Source: Alphaproteobacteria bacterium
GTDB lineage: Bacteria; Pseudomonadota; Alphaproteobacteria; UBA7887
DNA length: 64,000 bases
Direction: 5' to 3'
Assembly: GCA_965216755.1 (NCBI GenBank)
Contig: CBDCGL010000011.1
Coordinates: 3,475,482-3,539,481, forward strand
Positions 26,982 to 36,902 of this stretch are shown in pieces. The notes under the pieces are model-generated. The model searched no databases. It was given only the letters and a program-made list of their open reading frames with translations, and had not been told where the DNA came from. Within the stretch, counting starts at the first letter, position 1, and every line of letters begins with the position of its first letter. Made by a program: the position numbers and the translations under genes.

Positions 26982-29096
26982 GTGACGGGAGCATTTGCTA
27001 TGGCGATACGACCTCGCGGGCCAATAACGGGCCTGATTTTGACACTCATTGCGGCAGCGGTCGGTGGCTGCGCGGCCGGCGGGCCAGCCGGTTCGTATTT
27101 TTCAGCCCCGGTTGCCGCCGACGGTGCAACACCGCTGGCGCCAACGCGGGCGGATCAAACCAGCGCCGGCCTGTTGCTGCGCGGCGTGGAGGCCGACCCA
27201 CCGACCACGGTTGCGCCATTGCTGGGCACGAACGTGGACATGGCGATCTCCGGTCCGTTTGCGCGGGTCAGCGTGCGTCAACATTTCTACAATCCGAACG
27301 CCGTGTTTGTCGAAGGCATCTATGTCTTTCCGCTGCCCGAAGACGCGGCCGTCGATCATTTGCGCTTGCAGGTCGGCGACCGGTTCATCGACGGTGTCAT
27401 CATGGATCGTGAGGCGGCGCGGCAGGTCTATGAAACCGCCGTCGAACGGCGCCGTCGCGCCGCTCTTCTGGAACAGGAGCGGCCCAATATTTTTGCCTCA
27501 TCAGTGGGCAATATCGCGCCCTGCGAGATCGTGCGGCTCGAGCTGGAGTACCAGCAGACCTTGCACTATCGCGACGGCACCTATGCGATCCGGTTTCCGA
27601 TGGTGGTCGGTCCGCGCTATGTGCCCGATGCGGGTGTGGCTGTCGTGCGTCAGGGGCCCGGAGCGCCGGCGATCGATCGCACACCGCCAGGCACGGACGA
27701 AGCCGGTCGGGTGACGCCGCCGGTCCGCGATCCGCGCGCTGGCGCCATCAATCCGCTCGGGCTGGTGGCCACGATCAACGCGGGCGGCCCGATCGCGGAA
27801 CTCCAAAGCCCGTATCATGCCATCACAACCCGAGACCTCGGCAACCACGTGGTCGAGGTTGCCCTGGCCGATGGTCTGGTGCCGGCCGATCGCGATTTTG
27901 AACTGGTTTGGCGGACCGCGGCCGGGACAGAACCCGATGCCGACATATTCAGCGAACGCCACGGCGGCGAACGCTATGGCGTCGTTATGATCACGCCGCC
28001 GCCGGCAAGCCACGAACCGCAGGTGCCGCCACGCGATGTGGTCTTCGTGATCGATCGGTCGGGTTCGATGGAAGGCGCAAGCATTCGCCAGGCAAAGACG
28101 GCGCTGAAGATGGCCTTGAGGCGGCTACGTCCACAGGACCGATATGACGTCGTACAATTCAGTCATGTCGCCGAGGCCCTGTACCCGACCATGGAATTCG
28201 CAGACCGAAACGCGATCGATATCGGCACGCGTTATGTCGACCGGATCTGGGCCGAAGGCGGGACCGAAATGTTGCCGGCCTTACGGTTAGCTTTGAGTTT
28301 CGCGCCCGACGTGGACCGGCTGCGCCAAATCGTCTTTTTGACCGATGGCGCGATCAGCAATGAGAGCGCGCTGTTCGACGAAATTGTTGCCAACCTGGGC
28401 AACGGCCGCCTGTTCACGGTCGGCATCGGCTCGGCGCCAAACAGTTATTTCATGACCCGCGCGGCAACCTTGGGCCGTGGGACTTTCACCCGTATCGGCC
28501 AGACAAGCGAAGTGCGGGCAAAAATGCTGGCGTTGTTCGGCAAGTTAGAGCGCCCGGTGATGACTGATATTACGCTCGAATGGTCAGATGGTCGCCGCGT
28601 GGAAAGCTATCCGGCCCCGGTACCCGATCTCTTTCAGGGCGATCCCATCGTCGTGGCCGCGCGCGACATTCCCGACTCGGGTCGGTTGATCGTGGGCGGC
28701 CTGGTTGGCGGCAAGCCATGGCGCACCGGTATCGACCTTGACGGCCAACCGGATAGCCCGGGGGCGCGCGTGATCTGGGCGCGGCACAAGATCCGTCACC
28801 TCATGGAACAGATCCACTTCGGCCAATCACCCACATCGGTGGAAATGGCGGTGAGTGCCGTCGCACACGATCATCATTTGATGAGCGCCTATACCAGTTT
28901 GGTCGCCGTCGATGCGACTCCCATACGGCCGCCGGACGCATTGCTTGAGTCCATGGATATGCCGACCAATTTGCCCCATGGCTGGGATTTTGACGCCGTG
29001 TTTGGTGCAGGGGCGGCGCGCGCCGACGACACCTCTGGTGCGGTTCGTCGGCACAGAAAGGCCAACGTCGAAGCGGTTCGACCGCCATGCCCATGA
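26982..29096 (+). CDS. VIT-vWA paralog lacking C-terminal sorting signal; lipoprotein-like N-terminus
   Basis: Collinear similarity to 24720-26894 along VIT and vWA domains (DRSGSM MIDAS); N-terminal LIAAAVGGC lipobox-like; ends ...RPPCP with no LPXTG-like motif or TM in any frame near the 3' end. Confidence 0.75.
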   Translation: MTGAFAMAIRPRGPITGLILTLIAAAVGGCAAGGPAGSYFSAPVAADGATPLAPTRADQTSAGLLLRGVEADPPTTVAPLLGTNVDMAISGPFARVSVRQHFYNPNAVFVEGIYVFPLPEDAAVDHLRLQVGDRFIDGVIMDREAARQVYETAVERRRRAALLEQERPNIFASSVGNIAPCEIVRLELEYQQTLHYRDGTYAIRFPMVVGPRYVPDAGVAVVRQGPGAPAIDRTPPGTDEAGRVTPPVRDPRAGAINPLGLVATINAGGPIAELQSPYHAITTRDLGNHVVEVALADGLVPADRDFELVWRTAAGTEPDADIFSERHGGERYGVVMITPPPASHEPQVPPRDVVFVIDRSGSMEGASIRQAKTALKMALRRLRPQDRYDVVQFSHVAEALYPTMEFADRNAIDIGTRYVDRIWAEGGTEMLPALRLALSFAPDVDRLRQIVFLTDGAISNESALFDEIVANLGNGRLFTVGIGSAPNSYFMTRAATLGRGTFTRIGQTSEVRAKMLALFGKLERPVMTDITLEWSDGRRVESYPAPVPDLFQGDPIVVAARDIPDSGRLIVGGLVGGKPWRTGIDLDGQPDSPGARVIWARHKIRHLMEQIHFGQSPTSVEMAVSAVAHDHHLMSAYTSLVAVDATPIRPPDALLESMDMPTNLPHGWDFDAVFGAGAARADDTSGAVRRHRKANVEAVRPPCP

Positions 29097-29770
29097 CAGG
29101 GCGGTTGACGTGGCGGCGGTGGCTGAGCGCGGCCGCGATCGGGCTCGCGTTCGCCGGGTTGGCATTGGTTGGCGACGGTCTTTACATCAAGGTCAAGGCC
29201 CACCTCGCCCAGCATCTCTTGGCACAAGCTTGGGCGGCCACGACCGACGGCGCCGAACGTGCGCGGCCCTGGCCGTGGGCCGACACCTGGCCGGTGGCGC
29301 GGTTGGCGGTGCCGGCCCATGACGTTGAGCAGATCGTGCTGGCGGGCGCGAGCGGCCGCACATTGGCTTTTGGTCCGGGCCATCACAGCGGCTCCGCCAC
29401 CCCCGGCGCGGTCGGACTGACCATCCTGACCGGCCATCGCGATACCCATTTCGCGTTTTTGCAGCGCCTCGCGATTGGCGACGGGATCACGCTGACCACG
29501 CCGGATGGCGTGCGACACGGCTACCACGTGACCGAAACCCAAGTGGTTCACAAGGACGACGCGCGATTTCGCCAACCGGCACCAGGCAATCGTGTACTCG
29601 CCCTGGTCACCTGTTGGCCCTATGACGCGGTGGTTCCAGGTGGTCCGCTGCGCCATGTCGTGGTCGCGCAGGCCACGGATCATACCGCGTCGCAGAATCT
29701 TGACAGCGCGCCCTTGCCGCCAGCACAGTTGGCGGGCGACGGGCCGGTCAAAATGGTGATGGTGCGATGA
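29087..29770 (+). CDS. Sortase (marine proteobacterial sortase-type transpeptidase)
   Basis: N-terminal TM anchor; conserved His (LTILTGHRDTHF), TLXTC-type catalytic Cys (LALVTCWPYD), downstream Arg; overlaps upstream gene by 10 nt and downstream gene by ATGA. Confidence 0.7.
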   Translation: MPMTGRLTWRRWLSAAAIGLAFAGLALVGDGLYIKVKAHLAQHLLAQAWAATTDGAERARPWPWADTWPVARLAVPAHDVEQIVLAGASGRTLAFGPGHHSGSATPGAVGLTILTGHRDTHFAFLQRLAIGDGITLTTPDGVRHGYHVTETQVVHKDDARFRQPAPGNRVLALVTCWPYDAVVPGGPLRHVVVAQATDHTASQNLDSAPLPPAQLAGDGPVKMVMVR

Positions 29771-30849
29771 ACATCGATCGAATCGAAACAAACGTCTATC
29801 GCATTCCCTTGGCCGAACCGGTCGAACTCGCCACCCATGGCGTTCTGCGCGACTTGGATCTGCTCATGGTGCGCCTTTGGGATACGGATGGCGCGATGGG
29901 TTGCGGCTACAGCACGCTCAACGCCGGTCACGGGCCGGCGACCGCAATGATCATCGAGCGGGTCTTCGCCGATTTGATCATGGGCGAAGATCCGCGCCGA
30001 ATCGAATGGCTATGGCAGCGCATGTGGCGCGCCCACCATTATTCGGGTCGCGGCGGCCCGGTCACCTTCGCGTTGGCTGCGGTCGATATCGGGTTGTGGG
30101 ATTTGCGCGGCCGATGCCTGGGGGAGCCCTTGTGGCGTTTGCTCGGTGGCCATGACCCGAAAGTCCCCGCCTATATCGGCAATATCGATCTCGGCTTACC
30201 GCGCACGGCTTTGTTGGAGGGCGCCTCACGCAGTCTCGAGGCAGGCTATCGGGCGCTGAAAATGCGTCTCGGCCGACCGACCTTGCGTGAAGATTTGGCC
30301 CGTGTCGCCGCCATGCGGGACCATATCGGGCCGGACATCGCGTTGATGGCCGATGCCAATGAAGCGTGGCGTGTCGACCAAACCGTGCGCGCCATGCACG
30401 GGTTGCGCGATATCGATTTGGTCTGGCTCGAAGAACCGATCCGACCGGACGACTTCGCCGGCTACGCCCATTTGCGCCGGCTCGGTCTGGTGCCGATCGC
30501 GGCCGGCGAAAACCTCCACACCTTGGCCGAGTTCACGGCGTTGATTTCGGCGGGCGGCGTGGATTTTCCTGAACCGGATGTCACCACCTGTGGCGGCATC
30601 ACCCCGTGGCTGAAAATTGCGCGCTTGGCCGAGGCGCACGGCTTGCCGATCACCTCACACGGCGCGCAGGACATCCATGTCCACTTGCTGGCGGCCGTGC
30701 CCAATACCGCGTATCTGGAAATCCACGCCGCGCGCCTCGACGATTATATCGCGGAGCAGTATGCGCTCGTCGACGGCCACGCCGTGGCCCCCGACCGACC
30801 CGGCCACGGCCTGGAATTCGATTGGCAAAAGCTGGGCAAATTTTCCTAA
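29767..30849 (+). CDS. Mandelate racemase/muconate lactonizing enzyme-family (enolase superfamily) protein
   Basis: KMRLGRP...DANEAW...LEEP metal-ligand/TIM-barrel motifs of the enolase superfamily; ATGA-coupled to the sortase gene. Confidence 0.8.
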   Translation: MNIDRIETNVYRIPLAEPVELATHGVLRDLDLLMVRLWDTDGAMGCGYSTLNAGHGPATAMIIERVFADLIMGEDPRRIEWLWQRMWRAHHYSGRGGPVTFALAAVDIGLWDLRGRCLGEPLWRLLGGHDPKVPAYIGNIDLGLPRTALLEGASRSLEAGYRALKMRLGRPTLREDLARVAAMRDHIGPDIALMADANEAWRVDQTVRAMHGLRDIDLVWLEEPIRPDDFAGYAHLRRLGLVPIAAGENLHTLAEFTALISAGGVDFPEPDVTTCGGITPWLKIARLAEAHGLPITSHGAQDIHVHLLAAVPNTAYLEIHAARLDDYIAEQYALVDGHAVAPDRPGHGLEFDWQKLGKFS

Positions 30850-30871
30850 TCGGGCTCGCGTGCGCCGTTCT

Positions 30872-31342
30872 TCAGCCCTCCCAGGCGCTCTGCAGCGCGC
30901 GCCCGGCGCGATGGATCGCCTTGCGAATCCGCGTATGTGCGCCACAGCGGCAGTAGTTCTCTTTCATCGCGAAGTCGATTTCTTCATCTGTCGGTTCGGG
31001 ATTGCTGTTCAACATCATGGCGATGGCCATGATTTGGCCAGGAATGCAATAACCGCATTGGGTGACGTTTTCGTCGATAAACGCTTGCTGAACCGGATGT
31101 AGGCCGTCACGTCCCAGGCCTTCGATGGTGGTGATATCGGCGCCGGCCGACTTGCCGATGGTGATCTGACACGATTTCACCAATTCGCCGTTCATATGGA
31201 CATTGCACACGCCACATTCGCCAATCCCGCAGCCGTATTTTGTGCCGGTCAAGCCCATTTGCTCCCTGAGCACCCACATCAAGGGCGTATCGGGAGCCAC
31301 ATCGACGCTGTAGTCGGTATCGTTCACGGTTAAAGAGATCAT
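30872..31342 (-). CDS. (2Fe-2S)-binding small subunit of xanthine dehydrogenase/aldehyde oxidase family (orphan)
   Basis: Two [2Fe-2S] motifs (CGIGECGVCNVH; CRCGAH); 156 aa; no adjacent molybdopterin subunit. Confidence 0.8.
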   Translation of the reverse strand: MISLTVNDTDYSVDVAPDTPLMWVLREQMGLTGTKYGCGIGECGVCNVHMNGELVKSCQITIGKSAGADITTIEGLGRDGLHPVQQAFIDENVTQCGYCIPGQIMAIAMMLNSNPEPTDEEIDFAMKENYCRCGAHTRIRKAIHRAGRALQSAWEG

Positions 31343-31495
31343 GTTTTTGTCCCAATTCTAGAGCCCAGAGCGTCGGCGGCGCGAGCGGACCCGACGCGAT
31401 CAAAAAGGACACACGAACCCATTCTAGTATAAACTTACACCACGTAGGGAAATGGGTTTCGGTGAACGCTCATCACCTGCTGGTGTGTTTGAGAG

Positions 31496-32287
31496 GTGGC
31501 TGATATGCGGGAACGCTGGTTGGCTGTGGCGACGGCCCTGTTGACGATGCTGTTGGTGCACGATGTGCGCGCGGCCGAGAGTGACGAAAATCTGGAGACC
31601 GCCGCATGGGCGGCGCTGCAGAGCGAGGTGCTTGGCGGCGGGCCGGTTGTTTACGACAAGGCGGTCAAAGTACGCATGCCGCGGGTGGTGTGGGAGCCGC
31701 ACAGCGTGCCGGTGACGATAAATTTGTCGGAGATGCCCGGCAAGGTTTCCAAAGTGGTCCTGTTCGCGGAAAACAATCCGATTCAAACCGCGGCGCAGAT
31801 CATGCCGCGGCGGCCGATCGAGGCGGTCGGTTTGAACATACGGCTCGAACAAACTACCCCGGTGCGCGTCGCCGCATTGGCGGACGATGGGGTCTGGCAT
31901 GTCACCAATGTCGACGTCGTGGTGATGTTCCCCGGTGGTTGTTCCAAACCCCAAATTGATGTCGCCGAGGACGACGTTGGGTTGATCGCCATGAAGCGGT
32001 TTGATCAAGAGAATGGCGGCCAACGCCTGAAGCTCAAGATCAACCATCCAATGGACACCGGGTTCGCGACCGACGAAGACGGCCTTCTCGTCCCCGCCTA
32101 TTACCTCAAAACCGTGACCGTGGCAGATCAGGCGGGACCGGTCGCGGATCTGATCACATCGGCGGCGCTGGCCTCGGACCCGAGCTTTGTCTTCGATTTG
32201 GCCGATATTCAGCAAAGCGTTCGGGTGACAGCCCGTGATAGCCGGGGGCTGGCGTTTGAGGCATTGGAGGTGCCGCCGACGATGTAG
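31496..32287 (+). CDS. Secreted SoxYZ-like (fused SoxY/SoxZ-type) carrier-like protein
   Basis: Signal peptide; internal GGC motif (MFPGGCSKP) at the end of the N-terminal half as in SoxY-type carriers; about 260 aa as in fused SoxYZ-like family; assignment tentative. Confidence 0.35.
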   Translation: MADMRERWLAVATALLTMLLVHDVRAAESDENLETAAWAALQSEVLGGGPVVYDKAVKVRMPRVVWEPHSVPVTINLSEMPGKVSKVVLFAENNPIQTAAQIMPRRPIEAVGLNIRLEQTTPVRVAALADDGVWHVTNVDVVVMFPGGCSKPQIDVAEDDVGLIAMKRFDQENGGQRLKLKINHPMDTGFATDEDGLLVPAYYLKTVTVADQAGPVADLITSAALASDPSFVFDLADIQQSVRVTARDSRGLAFEALEVPPTM

Positions 32288-32376
32288 CGCGCGGTTGCCG
32301 GTTGTGCCTTGCGCAACCTGGCTTTCCATGAGCAGAATTGCCACGCGAGGATTGTCGGATACTGCTCTAGGATCAG

Positions 32377-33162
32377 GTGATGAAGAAACGAATTGGGCGC
32401 ACGGCGGTGCCGGCGGCGTTGGCTTTGACCGTGACGTGTGCGGTCGTCGTATTTGGCGGTATGTCGGCGTCGGCCCAGTCGGTCGAACTGCGCCAAATGC
32501 ATCATCAGGTCCAGCAGCACTACGCCGCCGGTCGAATCGCCGCGGCGGCGAAGGTCGCCGTCGAGGCCGTGCGGTTGGGGGTCGAAGAGTTTGGCGCGGC
32601 CCATCCGACCACAGCCGCATTGATGGCCAATCTTGCCGAACTGCGTGTCGAACTGGGCGAGTGGGCTGAGGTCGAGCGCCTGTATCGCGATGTTGCGTCC
32701 GCACGCACGACGACGCTCGGTGCGCATCATCCGGATGTGGCTGAGGCTTATGACGGGCTTGGTCGGGCATTGGCGGCGCAACAGCGCTACGAAGCCGCCG
32801 AAGACGCCTATTGGCAAGCATTGCAGGCCGTAGAACAGCAAGTCGCCAGGCGCCCACACATGGTCACAGACCTGAACTTAATCGCGGCGCTCTATCGGGC
32901 ACGCGCCTATTACAATCGCGCGCACTTGCTGGTGGTGGACGGCCGCTTGGATGACGCCGAACTGATGTATCAAAGCGCCATTGCGACGTTCGAGGCGAGC
33001 CCCATGGTCGACGGCGCCGAATTGAGCGCGGCGCTTGATCGGCGTGCCACGGTGCTGCGCAGATTGGGCGCACAAGACGAGGCCGAGTCGCTTGAAGCAA
33101 GGGCGCGCGAAGTTGCCGACGGCGGTCCGGGTTGCCATATCTCGCCGTTTCGTAGCTGCTGA
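32377..33162 (+). CDS. Tetratricopeptide-repeat secreted protein
   Basis: Signal peptide; repeated 34-aa helical TPR-like units rich in A/L/Y/R. Confidence 0.55.
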   Translation: MMKKRIGRTAVPAALALTVTCAVVVFGGMSASAQSVELRQMHHQVQQHYAAGRIAAAAKVAVEAVRLGVEEFGAAHPTTAALMANLAELRVELGEWAEVERLYRDVASARTTTLGAHHPDVAEAYDGLGRALAAQQRYEAAEDAYWQALQAVEQQVARRPHMVTDLNLIAALYRARAYYNRAHLLVVDGRLDDAELMYQSAIATFEASPMVDGAELSAALDRRATVLRRLGAQDEAESLEARAREVADGGPGCHISPFRSC

Positions 33163-33189
33163 TCCGCCGGCAATAGCAGAGTTGGCCAT

Positions 33190-34014
33190 ATGCAACGCGC
33201 CAAGGATCCAGAGGCGTTTACCGCCTTCGAACATGAGGGCTGGCAGACCAGCAGCGCCGGCTATCAGAAACATTTCACGCGCCTGACCCGTCAAACCGTG
33301 CCGCCAACCTTGGATGCGGCCGGCGTTCAGGCGGGCATGCGGGTGCTCGATGTCTGCGCTGGCCCGGGCCTTTTGGCGGCCGCGGCGATAGAACGCGGCG
33401 CCGATGTTGTGGCGTTGGACTTTTCCAGCGAAGCCGTCGCGATCGGCCGACGAACGGTTCCCGGCGCCGTCTTTCGCCAGGGCGATGCCCAGGATATGCC
33501 GTTCGACGACGACAGTTTCGACGCCGTCGCCTGTGGTTTTGGAATCGTCCACTTGCCGACACCGGAAAACGCGTTGCGCGACATGCGTCGCGTGTTACGA
33601 CCAGGCCGGCGCATGGCGGTGAGTGTTTGGGAAGCGCCGCGGCCGACCAACGGCTATGGTGTTCTCTACGGTGCGTTCCAAGCCCATGCGGATATGAATG
33701 TGCCATTGCCGCACGGGCCGGATTTCTTTCAATTCAGCGCGCCCGAAGTGCTTGAAGCGGCGCTTGACGCGGTTGCACTTCGCGACATCGGGATCAGCCG
33801 CGTCGAGCAGACCTGGGCGATGGACGCGCCGTTGGGCATCATGGAGGCGGTGTTGGAAGGCAGCGTTCGGGCGCGTGGCTTGTTGTTGGCTCAGACTGAC
33901 GCGGTCCGCGCCGCGATCAACCAGGACGTCGCCGCCGGCATGCGACGCTATCAAGTCTCGGCGGATGAATTTGCCGTTCCCATGCCGGCATTTGTCGGTG
34001 TCGGCACGAAATAG
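33190..34014 (+). CDS. Class I SAM-dependent methyltransferase
   Basis: Motif I VLDVCAGPG; acidic post-I DFS. Confidence 0.75.
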   Translation: MQRAKDPEAFTAFEHEGWQTSSAGYQKHFTRLTRQTVPPTLDAAGVQAGMRVLDVCAGPGLLAAAAIERGADVVALDFSSEAVAIGRRTVPGAVFRQGDAQDMPFDDDSFDAVACGFGIVHLPTPENALRDMRRVLRPGRRMAVSVWEAPRPTNGYGVLYGAFQAHADMNVPLPHGPDFFQFSAPEVLEAALDAVALRDIGISRVEQTWAMDAPLGIMEAVLEGSVRARGLLLAQTDAVRAAINQDVAAGMRRYQVSADEFAVPMPAFVGVGTK

Positions 34015-34145
34015 TGGCCGGGTATTCGAATCGACAAAAAAACTGAGCCCGGCGCGGTGCCGGGCTCAGCCTGGATTGCTTGGTCGCAATCTGATCGCCG
34101 TGGACGACGGTGGCGTTCCACCAGCGCCGTCACGACATGATCAAG

Positions 34146-36446
34146 TTACGCCTTCGCGATATCCGCCGCCTGGATCGGCAATTGGTGAATCCGCTTGCCG
34201 GTGGCGTTGTAGATCGCGTTGACCAGCGCCGGTGTATAAGGCGGTACGCCCGGTTCGCCAACGCCGCAAGGCCGCAGATGGGTGAACTCTTCCGAAACAT
34301 GGACCCGCACGTTTAGCGGCGCATCGCTAATCCGTGTGATCGGGTAATCGTGGAAGTTGCTCTGATCCACCGCACCCTTGGTGGTCGAAATCAGACCATG
34401 GCGGGCGACCGTGTTGCCATAGATCGCCGCACCCTCAACCTGCTTGCGAATGCCTTCCGGATTGACATAGCGGCCGCAGTCGATGGCCATGTCAACTTGC
34501 GGAATGCGCAAGGTGCCGTCGTCGTGGACGACCACGTGCACCGCTGAGGCGACATAGCTGTGGAAGCACCGGTGAACCGCCAAGCCGAGGCCATGACCGT
34601 CCGGTAGAGACTTGCCATAGCCGGCCTTGTCGGCCGCCAGTTTCAACACGCTCGACAGACGTCCGGTCATGATCGGCCAATCCTCGATCGGATCGCCATA
34701 GTTCCAGTAGTCCTCGACGCCTTCCGACGCCAGATCGAGGGTCGCCGGTTCGCCGATCAGCTCAAGCAGGAACTCAAGCGGATCACGCCCGGCCGCGGCC
34801 GCCAGCTCGTTGGCGAAGCAGTTCATCGCAAACGAATGCTGAATATTGTTCACCGATCGATACCAGCCGATGCGGATCATGATATCGGCTTCGCCATTCA
34901 CGATCTTGATGTTCGGCACCCCGTTGTAGGGCAGATCGACCAAACCAAGACCGTATTCGATGTTGAAGCCCGTCTTTTGATCCGGCACCCACAGACCCAG
35001 GATCGACGGCCATGCACCCTTGTGTTCCCACGCGGTGACCTTGCCATTTTCATCCAGGGCCGCTTTGACCGTTTGCGCACTGGCGGTGTGATAGTAGCCG
35101 TGGCGAATGTCGTCCTCGCGGGTCCACTGCATGCGCACCGGCTTGCCGATCATTTTCGACAGAATCGCCGCTTCACACGCGTAGTCCGGCTGTGATTTGC
35201 GACCGAAGCCGCCGCCCAACAACGACGGCTGACATTCGACGTCGGTCTTCTCCAGACCAAGCGCTTCGGCCACATATTGCCGGGTTTCGTTTGGCGATTG
35301 GGTGCACGCCCACACCTTGACCGGGGTCGCGTTGGCGTCAACCAATGCCGCCACGGGTTCCATGGTGGTGTGGATGAAGTAGGGCACGAAATATTCGGCC
35401 TCAACCACTTTGTCGGCGTTGCTGAAGGCGTCGTCGACATTGCCGCGCTCGCGGATCACGTGCCCGGCGTCACGCGCGGCTTGCCGTAGCGTGTCGTTAT
35501 AAGAGCCCGAGTCATGCGCGGCAAAGGGGCCGTCTTCCCATTCGATCTTGAGCTTGTCACGGCCTTGTAATACGGCCCAGGTGTTGGTGCCGACCACCGC
35601 GACGCCACCAAGGGCGCGGAACTCAGCGGCCTTGTCGTCGGCGAGCGCCGGGATTTCCACCACATGCTCAACACCGTCGACCGCCAGCGCGTCGCTGGCG
35701 TCGAACGATTTGACCGTGCCGCGATAGACCGGTGGTCGCGCGGCGACCGCGATCATCATGCCCGGCATGGTCATATCGGCGCCGTAGTCAGCGCCGCCGG
35801 TGCTCATGTCGTAATTGTCGACGACCGGCATGTCTTTGCCGATATAGCGCCATTCCGACGGATCTTTGAGTTTCGGCTGCGGCGCGGCTTCGCCGGCCGG
35901 CATGTTCATTTCGGACGCGGTCTCCACGACCTCGCCAAAATCGAGCGAGTTGCCCGATCCGGTATGATAGAGCCGGTGATTGCGGGCATAGACCTCGCTG
36001 GGATTGACACCCCATTGCTTGGCCGCTGCTTGCTCCAGCATGTACCGAGCTTGGGCACCAAGTTCGCGCATGATGTCGAAATGATGCCGCGTACTGCGCG
36101 AGCCGTCCGTGTTCTGGCCATCTTGGCCGGCCGGATCATATTTGGTTTCGTCGCCCGGCGACTGCCAAATCTTGACGCGGCTCCAATCGGCTTCCAGTTC
36201 GTCCGCCAGCATCATGGGGATGCCGGTTCGCACGCCTTGGCCCATTTCAATACGGCTACAGGTGATTGTCACCGTGCCGGCTTTGTCGATTGACACAAAC
36301 AAGTTTGGTGCAATCGAATCCGCGGCAGCCTTGGCGCCACCGATCAGCGATGTTTTGGGTAACACTTGCGCGCCGAGAACCAGTCCGGCGGTTGCGCCTG
36401 TGCCTTTGAGGACATCGCGCCTGCTGAGATTTTGAATCACTGACAT
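34146..36446 (-). CDS. Molybdopterin-binding large subunit of xanthine dehydrogenase family (isoquinoline 1-oxidoreductase beta / membrane aldehyde dehydrogenase-like), Tat signal
   Basis: 766 aa; twin-arginine signal SRRDVLKGTGA; IorB-like. Confidence 0.8.
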   Translation of the reverse strand: MSVIQNLSRRDVLKGTGATAGLVLGAQVLPKTSLIGGAKAAADSIAPNLFVSIDKAGTVTITCSRIEMGQGVRTGIPMMLADELEADWSRVKIWQSPGDETKYDPAGQDGQNTDGSRSTRHHFDIMRELGAQARYMLEQAAAKQWGVNPSEVYARNHRLYHTGSGNSLDFGEVVETASEMNMPAGEAAPQPKLKDPSEWRYIGKDMPVVDNYDMSTGGADYGADMTMPGMMIAVAARPPVYRGTVKSFDASDALAVDGVEHVVEIPALADDKAAEFRALGGVAVVGTNTWAVLQGRDKLKIEWEDGPFAAHDSGSYNDTLRQAARDAGHVIRERGNVDDAFSNADKVVEAEYFVPYFIHTTMEPVAALVDANATPVKVWACTQSPNETRQYVAEALGLEKTDVECQPSLLGGGFGRKSQPDYACEAAILSKMIGKPVRMQWTREDDIRHGYYHTASAQTVKAALDENGKVTAWEHKGAWPSILGLWVPDQKTGFNIEYGLGLVDLPYNGVPNIKIVNGEADIMIRIGWYRSVNNIQHSFAMNCFANELAAAAGRDPLEFLLELIGEPATLDLASEGVEDYWNYGDPIEDWPIMTGRLSSVLKLAADKAGYGKSLPDGHGLGLAVHRCFHSYVASAVHVVVHDDGTLRIPQVDMAIDCGRYVNPEGIRKQVEGAAIYGNTVARHGLISTTKGAVDQSNFHDYPITRISDAPLNVRVHVSEEFTHLRPCGVGEPGVPPYTPALVNAIYNATGKRIHQLPIQAADIAKA

Positions 36447-36449
36447 CGT

Positions 36450-36902
36450 TTACACCTCCTGAGCCGCAGTCTTCACGGCCGCGAAAATCCGCTGGTAGGT
36501 GCCGCAGCGACAAATATTACCCTCCATGCCGTCGATGATTTCTTGATCGCTCGGGTCCGGATTGGCCGCGAGCAGGGCCGCAGCGTTCATGATTTGACCA
36601 GACTGGCAATAACCGCACTGCGGGACATTGTGTGCCCGCCACGCCCGTTGAACCGGGTGGTTGCCGTTCGGGTCCAAACCTTCGATCGTCGTCACGTCTT
36701 GTCCTGCCGCTTCCGACATCGGCGTGATGCATGAGCGAACGGCGGCACCGCCGACATGCACCGTGCACGAACCGCAAAGGCCCGCGCCACAGGCAAACTT
36801 GCTGCCTGTCAGTCCCAGTACGTCACGGACGTACCAGAGAATGGGCATATTTGGATCGCCGTCAAACTGGCGAGCCTCCCCATTGACACGTAACTCTATC
36901 AT
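36450..36902 (-). CDS. (2Fe-2S)-binding small subunit (IorA-like)
   Basis: [12 protein letters not shown] and CRCGTY motifs; 150 aa; directly upstream of the Mo subunit. Confidence 0.85.
   Translation of the reverse strand: MIELRVNGEARQFDGDPNMPILWYVRDVLGLTGSKFACGAGLCGSCTVHVGGAAVRSCITPMSEAAGQDVTTIEGLDPNGNHPVQRAWRAHNVPQCGYCQSGQIMNAAALLAANPDPSDQEIIDGMEGNICRCGTYQRIFAAVKTAAQEV

Noticed and set aside
31424-32857. 477-aa minus-strand ORF
   Set aside because: Antisense to the SoxYZ-like and TPR genes, which have signal peptides and coherent domain structure; Arg/Pro-rich junk translation.
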